NCBI RefSeq assembly: GCF_018350175.1
Contig: NC_058368.1
Coordinates: forward strand, 150,290,001-150,354,000
Source of the DNA: Felis catus
Lineage: Eukaryota
Length of the DNA: 64,000 nucleotides
Direction of reading: 5' to 3'
Shown: one piece after another, positions 1 through 13,112 of the stretch
Numbering within the stretch: position 1 is the stretch's first letter
Layout of the letters: every line of letters starts with the position of its first letter
Made by a program: the position numbers and the translations under genes
The notes under the pieces: model-generated
Told to the model about the DNA's origin: nothing
The model's database searches: none
The model's input: only the letters and a program-made list of their open reading frames with translations

Positions 1-589
1 CTCATTTAAAAACAAATATTGACAAATGTTTCTAAGCAATAGAAACAACACACCAAAAGAGTAGAATTTAAAACTCTAATAGGAAAAGCTGGCCAAGCCC
101 CATTCATGTAGCAGTTAGAGATTTGTCGTGATCTTTTCTGTCCTATATTCAATTCTGTCTTTTCAAACTCACCCTCACCTAAACTGATTTGCCTGTCTTA
201 GATCATACACATGAACAATTATTCAAGACTGGGTCTGTGTTGATACCTTCATCATGTAGTGAAGGATGAAGGTGGGATAGAAAAAGAGCTGTAATAATCC
301 CCATAATTAAAAAACCAGACTCCATCTCCTTCTTACCATCCCTGACGGTGTCATCTGAATAACACGAGCACCTCCCCACTCCCACTCCCCCATCGAGGCT
401 CCCTTTCTTGACTCTTCTGGAAAGTTATAAGAAAAGAATATAAAGGACAATAAGAAAATGAGAAGATAAAGTAGAGCAGAGAATTAAGGCAAAAGATGGA
501 AACCTGTCTCTTGAGGAGTTCTTACCCACTGGAAGTGTGGGCAGCAGAACAAGGACAACCAAAAGAATTCAAAGGTGGCTTTGTCACTG

Positions 590-800
590 TAGCTACAGAG
601 ACCAGGCGTAGAGGCAGATCACATGGTTTCTAACCCTGGATTTACCGCTCCAGCTCTGCCACCTCTAGCAAATTATCTAACCTCATCCGCAAATTAGTGA
701 CAATAATAGTCCGACCTCAGAGAGCTGCGAGGCTTAAATGAGGTAATATATATAAAGCACCTATCAGAGCGCAATTAGTAAATGCTACCCTTATTATTGT
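590..800 (+). mobile_element. MIR SINE remnant
   Basis: MIR core-like ACAATAATAGTCCGACCTCAGAGAGCTGCGAGGCTTAAATGAGGTAATATATATAAAGCAC. Confidence 0.7.
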
Positions 801-3106
801 ACCTTCAGTCCACAAGCATTGTACAAATCACAAAACTACCTATCTACAAATATTGATGACTTCCCTCAAAAGCCTAAGTTACCAAAGGAGAGCCTGACTC
901 CAAAAGTAAAAACCTGTTTTCATCATGTTTCAAAGGTGACTCCATCTCAAAAGGCTACAATAAGCCAACTCAGACATATCACTGGCACAATGTTAGTCTT
1001 TCAACCTAAGGTAACAGTGGTAGCCATCTAGAGGCAAGGATTCTTATTCTGAGGTTCAGAGACATTTCAACACTCAGGCCTTCAGGAACTTGTGATTTTC
1101 TTCGAGAGAGGGGCGTTAGCCTTTAACCAATTTCCAATGATATCCAGAATGTTAATAAATTTGTCTGCCATCTTTACTTTAAAGAATTTACAAAGGAAAT
1201 TAGCTATGTTACCATATCCAATAGGCAGGCATGAATACAGTTGGTACATGCAACAGGGTTTCTCTGGCCGCACTCCAGGTTCCCACCTTGATTCTGAAAA
1301 CCCTAGATTTAGCTAGGGAGGTAAGAACAGGTGATCTGCTCTGGTTTGAATAGGTCTGATCTTGGAATGTTTCTTTTTCCCTCAAATAACCCTTTCCATC
1401 TACAGGATCTATATCTTTCTCCCTGGGATTAACTGTTCAGATTTGCCCTTGAGTTTCCACTAATAGACCAGCATCTCCAGACCTAAACGTGCTTTTTACA
1501 GGTTCCCTTGATAAAGGAGTTCTGGCCACTGTGTTATGGGTACTCACATAGTGTAGGTATTCAGGCATAGGTATTCAGGCCCCACGCAAAATCCACATGC
1601 TCCAGCTGTGAAATGGGCTGTGAGACTTGCCAGGTCCACCACAGGTACAAAGAATATACGTATAAGGCCAGCTACCCAAATGCCTGATTTGCCATTTTAA
1701 AAAAGAGCTAGTATAATTTAATCCATAATTACTACCTAGGATTCAGAAAAGGGTTTCTCCATTTGCCACCTGCTTTTTGATCCTGGAACAATTGTCATAT
1801 AGTTTTCCAAGTACTTCATCCTGAAGTAAAAGCCAGTCATGTCTAAATTTACATATGTTGGATTATTTGCAAATGGCACCTCAAGAAATCCTATTTTATA
1901 AGCTATTTGAGATGTAAGAATCCCTTCACTCTTTGGTATAATCTCTTCGAAGCCATTTTTTTTTCTTCTTAAAATAAGGATGTTTTCTTCTTAAAAAAGA
2001 AAAATCTGAAAAGAAATTAAACTCCTTCACATTGAATCCAGTACTATCACCCAAGAGATTTAAATAAATCCTGAATTTGACAAAATTCATTTTTACTATT
2101 ATCAGTGATCATCATGTAAAATGTGGCAGCGAACCCAGTGCTGGGACTAGTTAAAACATTTTCTTAAATAAGTTTTTGCTATACTTCCTATATATTTTTC
2201 TGGTAGCAAGTTACAAAGGTTTTGATTAAAAAGTATTTCCAGGCTTTCGTATGACACAGAAGTTATTAAAATTACACATTTGTCTGGGTACTTCCTAAAG
2301 TTAACGTATATGTGCACAAGAGCATCATATGGAATATGTGTATTTTTAAATACAAGAGAATTCCATTAAAAGGTGAGAGGAATATGTAACATCTGGGATA
2401 CAACAAAGCGCAGGACATGTGCGCGCTATTTCTGGTGCTCCCGCTTATAAAAGTATAACGTGGGGCTACAGTTAGACTACGTCAATCTCAGTTTCATTCA
2501 CGACCTCGAGGACCACAACCTCATCCCTATCTTTCCAACTGGCTTCACTGACCTGAGCTCAGATACGCTATCGGAAATCGGGGCATGCCGATGCTGAGTG
2601 AGCTGTGTGTGGGGTCTACAATTTATCCAAACCAGGTAACTTAGGAAATTTGGATTTTTTTAACAAATTAAAAAGTCCAGTTCATTCTCTTTTTCCTCTT
2701 TGATTGTTTAGTGTTTTGTTAATAGTGCTTGACACAGTAAGATCTACGCTACACCTTCACGTTATTTTCTCTTGCAAGTCTTCAGCCCCTACTGTTTCGT
2801 CTGTCAGCTAATTAAACACATGAACCTGTGAGGAAGCTACTGTGAAATCCACCCTGCTCACAAAGAGGATTTCTCAATAGGCCTGATGTCGAATGCATTT
2901 AAGGTGCACAGCATAACATCCTCAGGAAGAAAAATACATCTACTCACGAGCTGCCAACTGATATTCATGATTGCTTCCAACTGGACACTGGCATTTTAAT
3001 CATTTATCACAGACATTTGTGGGGAAAAAAAGCTTGGGTTTCCCAGAACAGGTTGAACAATCCACTAAAATATTGTATCCCTGAAAGATGTGTGCATAGG
3101 TTTTTT

Positions 3107-3328
3107 ATTTTTTATTTTTTTAATGTTTTATTATTTATTTTTGAGAGTGAGAGAGACAGAGCACAAGCAGGAGAGGGGCAGAAAGAGAGGGAGACGCAGA
3201 ATCCAAAGTGGGCTCCAGGCTCTGAGCTGTCAGCACAGAGCCCGACATGGGGCATTAACTCGGGAACCGCGAGATCGCGATCTGAGCTGAAGTTGGCCAC
3301 TTAACTGCCTAAGCCACCCAGGTCCCCC
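3107..3328 (-). mobile_element. CAN-SINE (SINEC_Fc family)
   Basis: tRNA-derived head, (GA)n and T-rich tail. TSD TG(T/A)GCATA(G/C)GTTTTTT at 3091-3106 and 3329-3344. Confidence 0.93.
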
Positions 3329-5940
3329 TGAGCATACGTTTTTTTAAAGTGGGAACTGACTTCTTAAAACAAACAAACAAACAAAAACAACTAAACTAAA
3401 AATGTTACTATGTAAAATTGAAGCAGGAAATATATATTCAAATTATATCTTTAACATAAATATTTATTTATATCTTTAACATAAATACTCCTTTTTCATG
3501 TCTTTCCAAAAAACATATGTGGTTAACTCCAGGACCTAACTTTATTAACAGTGTCCTTTGTGGCTCTGCTATTAAAACCAATCTATGTGCTTTCAGGTGT
3601 AAGAGTGAAAGTATGATTAGTATGTACATAAATATTTACTCTCTGCTACAAATGTAATTAATTAGATCTAGTACACAAATTTTTTTGCATGCTATAAATC
3701 ACCTTTGATTTCAACACACTGTACTACACAAACCTTAGTAAACTAAATGCTATTTGGCTTATCATTGCTAAATAATTGAATAAAGAGAAGAGCTAGGTAA
3801 ATGGTGTGGAAAAAATATCTAACATCACTCTTATCAAAATGAAAGTTGTTTTGAAAATGAAACACAATTTCAGCTTTTGTAGCTAGTGCAATCATTTTCT
3901 TACCTTTATTTCAGTAAAACACCTTCCCCCTACAATCTACACATATACACAATCTGCAGTGTAACTGTCCTTGTGATGCCTCAATTCCCACAAATGACTT
4001 TTTTCTTTTAATTATCTAGCTTTACTTTTGGACATAGAACAATTGATTCTACATGTCATCAGCCAAGCTCAAAGCACATGTGCATGTCTTATTATATAAT
4101 ATCATGAATTTGGGAAGTGCCTGGGAGTTAAGTACTAAAAGGTAAAATTACTCTTGTTGATACTAATAACAAATCTATCATTGAAAATTACAAGTATATA
4201 GTACTGTGTTTTGGGTCTTGGGGCATCAGATCTATGAGGGTTTTTGTAATACCTTATTTTACTAAATAATATATCCTGAATATGCTTCAATATAGATCGG
4301 AAAGCTTTCAGATTTGGGGCGTAGAGTCAATCTTTCATTTGTTTGTGTTGGAAACAGTTAAGACACTGTTAGGGATTATAAATTTTGAGTTTTCGTTTTC
4401 AGTTTCTTGGGCATTTGGGAGATGTACTGTCCTTTTTTATTGAAATTCCCATCATGTCTCATGCAGAGTTGAACTACACCCTGCAAGATCTCAATACATT
4501 CAAGAGGAGTGGTTATTAATGAAAGAAATCACTCCCCAGGCATACATATTATGGGAAAATCATAAAGAAATAGGGGGGAATCTCCTTGTTTGTAATACAT
4601 TTCACAGTGAATATTTTCACTGTTGAATAGTCTTACCTTGTGAATTGATTGATTTTTAGGTGATCATGGGATTTTTCCCACTTCTATTACTGACCTATAT
4701 TACCTGGTACATTATGAAAATAAAGTGTGACTTGACTAGAGTCTGTTAATAGGAACCTAATATCCCAGATGAGCTTTTAGGGACTTGTACCTTAAGTTCA
4801 CCTGAGGCATTTTTTACAGAATTATAACTTAATACGGCAAGCAAAGACCTGGATTCCTAGCTAAGTATAGGAAAACTAGCTCTTTCCTAATACTAATATT
4901 CCCACACCTCTCTATCTGCTATTAACCAAGCTTTGGCGCCATCCAAGGAAATGAAAGGAAATAAGATGAGTTATAAGTGCCTAGGTGCCTACAGAAAAGA
5001 TTCACTCGAGTCTCACAATATTATGAAGAAATCTTCTAAACTGAACACCCCCAAGTGACTCATTTTCTTGACGAAAATACTTTGTATGACTCCTGTAGTT
5101 AAACTCAGCCCACTTTCCAGTTATTCTCACTTGCCTATCTTTCCATTGTGATTCTAATCCCCAATTACTTACATTTACATCTGCTAATAGAAAACTTCTA
5201 ATTTCCTAAACTCTTAGTAATTTAACAGTCATTAGAGATGACTCTGGGTTAAGGTAACAGGAAATTCTAGAGAGTAGGTATAAATTATCACTGTGTAAAG
5301 GCAAGCAACAAATTGTCTATTGTGTGCATGTATGTCTCTCCTCAAGAAAATATATTTTACATAATATTTATAATATTTAAGCATTCACTATATGTAACTA
5401 CTGAATTACATGCTTTGAATGCATTATTTCATTGAGTCTCATACAACCCAGTGAGTTGAGAATAACCATTTTTCCCATTTTGCAGACGAGGAAACTGATA
5501 CTCTACATTTACCTGTGGATTAATCCCAGTAGAATCATCTGGAGGGCACTGATGGAATCCAGAATCTCTTAGGTACAAGCCAGCTTCCCAGATGATTGTG
5601 ATACATACTAAGTTAAGAATCACCCATGTAATGGATTTTAAATTTAATATCTTATTATATATCTATACATATCTTCACACTAATTCCAATACATATTTAT
5701 AGCAACCTGTATTGCCATCATTGAAAGCTGAGTAAATAGCGCTCATCTGGTGATCTTTTAAAGCCAATGCATCATTGGAGATGATTTGATATTCTCCTTG
5801 TGAAAAGCAATGATACCAAAGCCAGTGTTTGGTTTATAAGGCATTCTATGAGGCTAGGAGGCACAGATGTTCCATGAATGACTCACTTAAGTGGAAAGCC
5901 TCCAATTTGTGGCAAGGGCAGAAACTCTTTAACTAAAATA

Positions 5941-5988
5941 AATAGATTAGATAGATAGGTGATAGATAGATAGATAGATCGATCGATC
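5941..5988. repeat. Imperfect (GATA)n microsatellite
   Basis: Directly visible. Confidence 0.85.
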
Positions 5989-7452
5989 TACTTCCCACAG
6001 AACCGCCTATGTTTCAGATACTGTACTAGATCTAGATCTCAGGAGTACATGTTGATAAGAACAATCCCTGGGAGAAGCAGGTTGAGTGCAGTGGACTCCA
6101 TGAGTTGACAATGTGCTGTGGACAATCTGGGAAGACCAATTAGGCTAGATTATGAAAGACAGAATACCAGAGAGGAGAAAGCTTCACAGAGAAATTACTC
6201 AAAAGATCTTCAGAGGGCCCCCCTTGAGTATTAACTGGAGGACTAATCACCACTTGCATGTAAAGAAACTGCCCAAGGTTAAAGAGAGACCCACCTGAAA
6301 GGATTAGAGGAAGCAATATTCAGCATTCACACCAGGCCAGAAATAGTGCCTGTTCTTACCAGTCAAATGGGAAAGCTTCATAATTCATGAAGTGTTGAAT
6401 GGACGCTATTGTCTCAATAGTGAGGAATAAAGAGCACTAAGCTTGCTTTAATTATGAATCTTAAACTAGACCCAAAAGACCAAACTGGCTCCAAGTAATA
6501 TAAGCACATGCAATAGCAAAGCTCTAGAATACAGGGCTGTTGTATTCTGTAGGAATACAATAACATTCAGCACTCAGCAAGGTCAAATTCACAATGTCTG
6601 GAACTGATTAAACATTTCCAGGTATGCAAACAAGTAGGCAAATATGATCCATAATATGGAGGAAAATAAATCAATCCAAACTAAACAAGAACTGACACAG
6701 ATGTTAGAATTACCAGACATAGACATTGAACAGTTATGTCTTACATTACTGTACCATAGCTGTATCCCATAACTGGAATACCATACAGTTACCATGACTG
6801 TATTCCATGTATTCAATAGCTAGAGGAACACGTGCGTGGTTAAATACAAACATAGAAGAAACAAAAGGAGATCCAAACTGAACTTATAGACATGAAAATT
6901 CAATATGTACAATGAAAACCATACTGAACAGAATAACAGCAGATGATACACTACAGAAGGAAAAACTATTATGCTTAGTGCATACAGAAACTGTCCAAAC
7001 TGAAGCAGAGAGAGGAAAAAAAAAGACTAAGAAAAATTTAACAGACCACTGGTGGCCTGTGGAAAAAAATAAATCACCCTAATAAACATTCAATCTAATA
7101 AACACCTAATCTAATAAACACATCTAATAAAGCACCCTAATAAACATTCTCAAAGGAGGGAAGGAGAATGGTAAGTAATATTAAAAGAAATAATAACTGC
7201 TCCAAAAAACTGTTCCAAATTTGACGAAAATTATAAGATAGCAGATTAAAAAGCTCAATGAACTCCAAGCAAAAGAAACATGAAGATAACTATAGCAGGG
7301 CACATCATAATCAAACAGCTCAAGATCAGTGATAAAAAAACAGAGAGAAAAGATATATACAAAGGAACAAACATAATATGGCAGGTTTCTTGTCAGAAAC
7401 AATGTAAACAAGAAGATAATGGAGCTATATCATCAAAGTGATGAGAAAAAAC

Positions 7453-7673
7453 TTAAAAACATTTTTTGTTTACGTTTATTTATTTCTGAGAGACAGAGAG
7501 ACAGAGCGTGAGCAGGGGAGGGGCAGAGACAGAGAGTGACACAGAATCTGAAGCAGGTTCCAGGCTCCAAGCTGTCAGCACAGAGCCTGAACCAGGGCTT
7601 GAGCTCATGAACCGTGAGATCATGACCTGAGCTGAAGTCAGCTGCTTTACTGACTGAGACACGCAGTTGCCCC
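7453..7673 (-). mobile_element. CAN-SINE inside the ancient L1
   Basis: Typical SINEC body, with AGAAAAAA(A)CTT-like TSD on both sides. Confidence 0.92.
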
Positions 7674-8134
7674 AGAAAAAAACTTTTAATGTCAATCTAG
7701 AATTCTACACCCAGTGAAACTGTCTTTCAAAAAAGAAGGTAGAATAAAGATTGTTTTCAGTTATACAAAAGCTAAAAAAGTTCATCGGCAGCAGATATGT
7801 ACCACAAGAAATGTTAAAGGAAGTCTTTCAGACAAAAGGAAAAGAGTTTTACGGTATAGGAAGCAGAAAACTAATAGAACTACAAGAAATAGACTAATCC
7901 ATAATTATAGTCAGAAATTTAAACATCCCTCCGTGAATAATTGTAAAGTGAGGAGGCAGTAAATCAATAAAGATTTAGAAGACTTGAAATATACTATCAG
8001 TGAGCTTGACCTATGGATATTTATAAAACGCTCCACTCAAAAACAACAGAATACACATTATTTTCTAATGAACACATAACATTTCCCAAGATAGAGCATT
8101 TTCTAGGCCATAAGACAAGTCTCAATAAATTTTA

Positions 8135-8349
8135 TTTTATTTTTAATTTTTTAAATGTTTATTTATTTTTGAGAGTGATAGAGCATAAACAGGGTAGGGA
8201 CAAAGAGAGAGGGAGACACAGAATCTGAAGCAGGCTCTAGGCTCTGAGCCATCAGCACAAAGCCCGACACGGGACTTGAACCCACAAACAACGAGATCAT
8301 GACCTGAACCGAAGTTGGATGCTTAACCAAATGAGCCAATCAGGTGCCC
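8135..8349 (-). mobile_element. CAN-SINE inside the ancient L1
   Basis: TSD TCAATAAATTTTA at 8122-8134 and 8351-8363. Confidence 0.93.
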
Positions 8350-8574
8350 ATCAATAAATTTTAAATAATTCAAATGAAAGTATATGTCTGACCACAATGG
8401 AATTAATTTAGATATCAATAGCTAAAAGATATCTTTAAAATCTCGAAACATTTGAAAACTAAATAACACACTTTTAACAAAACCATGGAGGGCCAAAGAA
8501 AACATGAAAAGTAAAATTAGCATTTCTAACTACAAATGAAAACATGCCATATCAAAACCTATGGGATGCAGCTA

Positions 8575-8809
8575 GAGTAGTTGGCAAACTATAGTTTGTG
8601 AGCCAAATTCTGCCCATTAGCTAAATTTGTGAATAAAGTTTTACTGGAACACTCACTAAATTTACAACTACACTAAATTTTTACATACTATCTATGGCCA
8701 CTTAAGCTACAGTGAAAGAATTGAGTAAATGAGGTTGAGACCATAGAGCCTGCAATGGCTAAAATACTGACTATCCAATATTATTATGAAAAAAAATTGC
8801 TGAATCCTG
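8575..8809 (+). mobile_element. MER58A-like hAT/Charlie non-autonomous DNA transposon
   Basis: Ends resemble the MER58 termini (GTTGGCAAACTA ... TTGCTGAATCCTG), with internal GTGAATAAAGTTTTACTGGAACAC. It splits the L1 sequence GGGATGCAGCTAGAG|ACTTAGAGAAATTTATAG. Confidence 0.75.
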
Positions 8810-8892
8810 ACTTAGAGAAATTTATAGAATTAAATGTCTATATGGGGACAGTCTCGTAGACCAGAAATGAACTTTGTGAACATTTTCATACA

Positions 8893-9199
8893 GGGTGCCT
8901 GGGTGGCTCAGTTGATTGTCAGACTCTTGATTTCAATTCACATTTCTTGTGATTTGTGAGATCAAGGCCTGTGTCAGTCTCTGTGCTGACAGTGCACAGC
9001 CTGCTTGGGATTCTCTCTCTATATAGATAGATATAGATATAGATATAGATATAGATATAGATATAGATATAGATATAGATATAGATATAGATTAGATTTA
9101 GATGATAGATATAGATATAGATATAGATATAGATATAGATATAGACATAGATATAGATGATATAGATGATATAGATAGACATAGACATAGACATATATG

Positions 9200-9270
<71 letters not shown>

Positions 9271-9345
9271 GTCTCTTTCTGCCCCTCCCTCAGTCATGTG
9301 CTCCCTCTCTCTCTCTCTCAAAATAAATAAATAAACATTTAAACA
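8893..9345 (+). mobile_element. CAN-SINE with an expanded internal compound microsatellite
   Basis: Head GGGTGCCTGGGTGGCTCAG and tail CAAAATAAATAAATAAAC. The CT region is expanded by about 250 bp. Confidence 0.9.
9021..9268. repeat. Compound microsatellite (ATATAG)n-(CT)n-(AT)n
   Basis: Directly visible. It produces the spurious YI/DI-repeat ORFs in the track. Confidence 0.97.
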
Positions 9346-12300
9346 AAAACCATTTCCTCTACACTATATTGGTCATTTTTGGTACATATATTATTTTTAC
9401 AAAATTGGAATCACATTATATATATGTATGATATACATATATATTTTTGAAATATTTACTTTGAAATGTTTTTTGAAAGCTATATAGAATTCCATCATAT
9501 AGATCTATCATTGCATTTTTTAATTCCTTATTCTTGATTATAACCTCCACTGAAGACAACAATGATCTTTTGATGATAGTTTGGAATTGTGATAAAATCA
9601 AAGGTCATTCATGGTCAAAACTGAACTAAGAAACATCTAACAAATAAATTCTTTTGTATGTGAAACAGTGTGGTCTATCTGAAAGAGCACTAGACTAAGA
9701 AAATGTAAATCCAGATTTTATTTCTAATTTTGACAGCCAGCATCTCCCTGCATGTATCCGGTATCTGAAAGCCACTTTCCCTAACCAAAATATAGTCAAT
9801 GTCTCCTCATCAGAATCCCTTTTGTCAGAGATATCTGGGCCATACCCTACAGATTTCTGATTCAATTACTCTAAGGCAGGTGAGTCTCAGGAGTTTGCAT
9901 TTTCAATGTCCTCTATGTTTTAAATGTTTTGTGGCAATAAACTTGTGGGCAGGTATTGGGGACAATTGGAATAAGTAGTCTTCAGGATTATTTCTAGTTC
10001 TAAAGTCCTATGATTCTGTAAAGGCAATGAAGAAAAATGAAGATTCCACATCACTTCTAATCAGTTTCTAATGATTACAGCTACAGCTGATTAGAGTAAA
10101 AAGATTCATTTCAAATTAAGAAATAATTGAAATAATGAAAATAAGAGTCCTCAATATCAAGTAGTTAGTGCAAGCAGCAATAAATAAAAGAGAATTCCAT
10201 TGTCCACTGCTCTACAATTCTTTAGAATATAGATAATTTTCCATTCTTTCCTTTAGGAAATAAGAAAAAGAAAAAGATGAACTTGTTCAGAATTCTGTGT
10301 ACTTTGCCCTTTAGAACTAGAGGGTGTTACTGAAAGTAATAGGGATCCCAGCACATTACAATATATAAATATCAGAACCTGAATATAAATGTGCAGCGTA
10401 TCTTTGGCCTTTGGGATATTAAAATGCTTGATGAGCCATGGACACACATTAAGTTAAAAAAAAAAAGGTGGCCCTTCTAAGTTATGTTATGAAACCACCA
10501 AGAAAGAACAATGTCTTATTTGATGTTCTCTATAGCACATAGTATATGTTGAAGTTCAATAGTCATCCAATAAAAAACGTTAATAACATTTATGATCATG
10601 AATTAAATTATGCTGAAAGCTAATACTTCAGTGGTAGGTAATAATAGGAAAGTAGACATAACTTTGATAATATACAATATTCTGTATAAATCTTTTTGCA
10701 TCATGTTTTTATTTGTACTTTAGGTTATATAATGAACTCATTTAATCTGTGAAATGAGTTTTAATCTATATTTTCTTGAACTTGCTAAACTTATACATCA
10801 GTTCATGTACAAACTCATTTGTTCATACATTTATTTAGTAATCACTATGTGAAAAGTACTTCCAGACACACACACATCAAAAAAACAAGCCTACCCTTTT
10901 CCCACAGATTGTCTTCACTTCTTTTTTCTCTTTCCTTCAAACATCCAAAATGTTTTTAAAAAATGTACTTCCCACCTCTTGTCCCACTGGCCATTTTTCT
11001 ATACATGCTAAAAAACTTCTACATCTTCAGGCCACAAGGCATTGCTTTCACTATCTTACCTGTGACCATCACACTTCCATCTTCTTTCCCAAAACAGTTT
11101 TATTATCTCCTGCTACAGACCTGTCTAGTCTGATGTCCAAGCTAATCCCCATGGAAATTCACCCTTTCCCTGGTGTCAGGCTTCTCATAAACTAGTATTC
11201 TGTTATGGACAGCCTTATTTATCCCCACTTCCTTTTATTCAATGCTCACTTCCGTCAAGAAAACTTCCCCAAAGTGGACACTTGCAAATGCAGTCACATC
11301 TATTCCAGGTCTTTCTCCACTCTGACAGATTGGTGTGTCCTACAGCCTTCAGTTAGTGCGATAATGATATGGATATGACCATGCTTATTAATACACTGAG
11401 AGCCTACTTTGTATAGGACGTCATGAGAATCTTAGGATATCAAGAGGTAAAACACAACCTTTGAGAAAAACCTCAAAATCTACTTGGGGGGTATGACAAG
11501 AGATGGATAACAATACTACAGCTAAGTCCAATATAGTAGAATAGAAAGAAATGCACAGGAGAGTCAAAATTTATTCAGATACACTGCACTGTGCATTCAT
11601 GTGCAGACACACACACGCACACAGCTTTTCTTTAGCTGATTTCATCATGTTCTAGTACTTCTGTTTTCACTCAGTAGCAAAAATGTTTTTCAAAATTAAC
11701 TTGCCAATTTAATGTAACTCAGTCTTTTCTGATTTCACACTAGGTAAGTGCTGTTAGGGTAGACTTACTATTCAGATGCTTGGGTGTTCTGTCTTCTTTT
11801 CATGCCTCCCCAGGGGTATCTGATCACAGAAGGTTTTGCAATGCCTCGGCAGCAGGAGAGGGGCTCATGTTTCCATGTTAATGTCACGCCTGGCCTTCTG
11901 ACCTATCGCTGAGTTGAGCTTCTGGTTTAGAGGACTTGGTCTCAGTCCTGTGGCAGTGACTAAGAGCAACATTGCCATGAAGTGGGCAATCCTAACAATT
12001 GGTTCTAGAGAGCTGGTTTCTTCTTCCTCACTGACGAGACACGCACCTTGACTCATGATGACACAGCTGACACTGAGACTCATCAAAGTCCTCCTTCTGT
12101 CCCCCACTTTAAGTGGTTGCCTTAACGTTTCTTAAGGTCTTTTCACCCCGAGGTGATCCCTTCATAGGGACCCTGATTCAATATCAGATTCCTTTTGCTC
12201 ACCCTATGGTGTCACAAACAAAATCCTGGGAAGCAATTACATTTACACAGGCCATGGACAGACAAGAGAGGGATCAAGGGGGAAGAGTTGGGGGAGAAAG

Positions 12301-12916
12301 GAGCGGGAGGCTGACTGGGAGGTAATTAAGTTTGATTATTGTGGGGTTAGAAGAAGGAAGTTACAAGATTTAAGTAGGGGCCACATCATAAATAGCCCTG
12401 TATTCTTTGCTAAGGAGTTTAGAATTTATCCTAAATACCATGATTTCCAACAAAAAAAGTAACCTGGCCCACAAGCACAAGGGGAATCTGAAGCTCAGGG
12501 TGAAAATTACAGGTTGTTAGTTAGTGAGAGAGGAGAGGCTGAAACGACACAGAGGGAGATCCCTTGCTCCAGGACAGGACTAAGGTCGCTTTACTCAATG
12601 GCCATTTACTTTATGGCCATTTTTCTATACATGCTAAGAAACTTCTACATCTCTGTAGAGATTATCACTGTATTATCACTACTTGAAACAGATTTTTTTT
12701 TAATTTTCTTGAATGAGTGTCATAAGCGATGGAGGCAAAAAATTCCATCAAAAATCCTAAAGAGATTGCTCCTTCAGGCTTTCCCTGGGAAATCGGCTCT
12801 AGAGCAGAGAAACAATGAACTTTATGAAAATAGGAATAAACTCAGATTCATGTTAAAGACTTATTAATTCTTCAATTCTTTCTATACTCATTTCTAGTGT
12901 AAAAAGTCACATCATG

Positions 12917-13112
12917 GGGGCGCCTGGGTGGCTCAGTCGGTTAAACATCCCATGCTTGATTTTGGCTCAGGTCATGATCTCACAGTGGTGAGATCGAGCC
13001 CTGCACCAGGCTCCGCACTGAGCTGAGTGTGGAGCCTGCTTAAGATTCCCTCTCTCCCTCTCTCTCTCTCTCGCTCTCGCTCTCCCTCATTCCCTTTCTC
13101 TCTCTCTCAAAA
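12917..13112 (+). mobile_element. CAN-SINE (older subfamily)
   Basis: TSD AAAAAGTCACATC at 12901-12913 and 13113-13125. Confidence 0.92.

Larger units (their letters stand above)
6066..8845 (+). mobile_element. Ancient L1 5' region (L1MC/L1MD-like 5' end, ORF1 remnant, EN fragment)
   Basis: ORF1-like LSFKKEGRIK at 7714 and EN-like DIYKTLHSKTTEYTLFS...FPKIEHFLGHKTSLNKF at 8013. The 5' sequence resembles L1MDa/L1MCa 5' ends. Interrupted by two SINEs and a MER58-like element. Confidence 0.75.

Noticed and set aside
1554..3487. Short tandem duplications (13-14 nt at 1554-1580, 20 nt at 3443-3487)
   Set aside because: These are ordinary slippage duplications with no spacer structure. Nothing CRISPR-like is present in the window.
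8919..9326. ORFs encoding YI/YL/DI repeats
   Set aside because: They are translations of the compound microsatellite.
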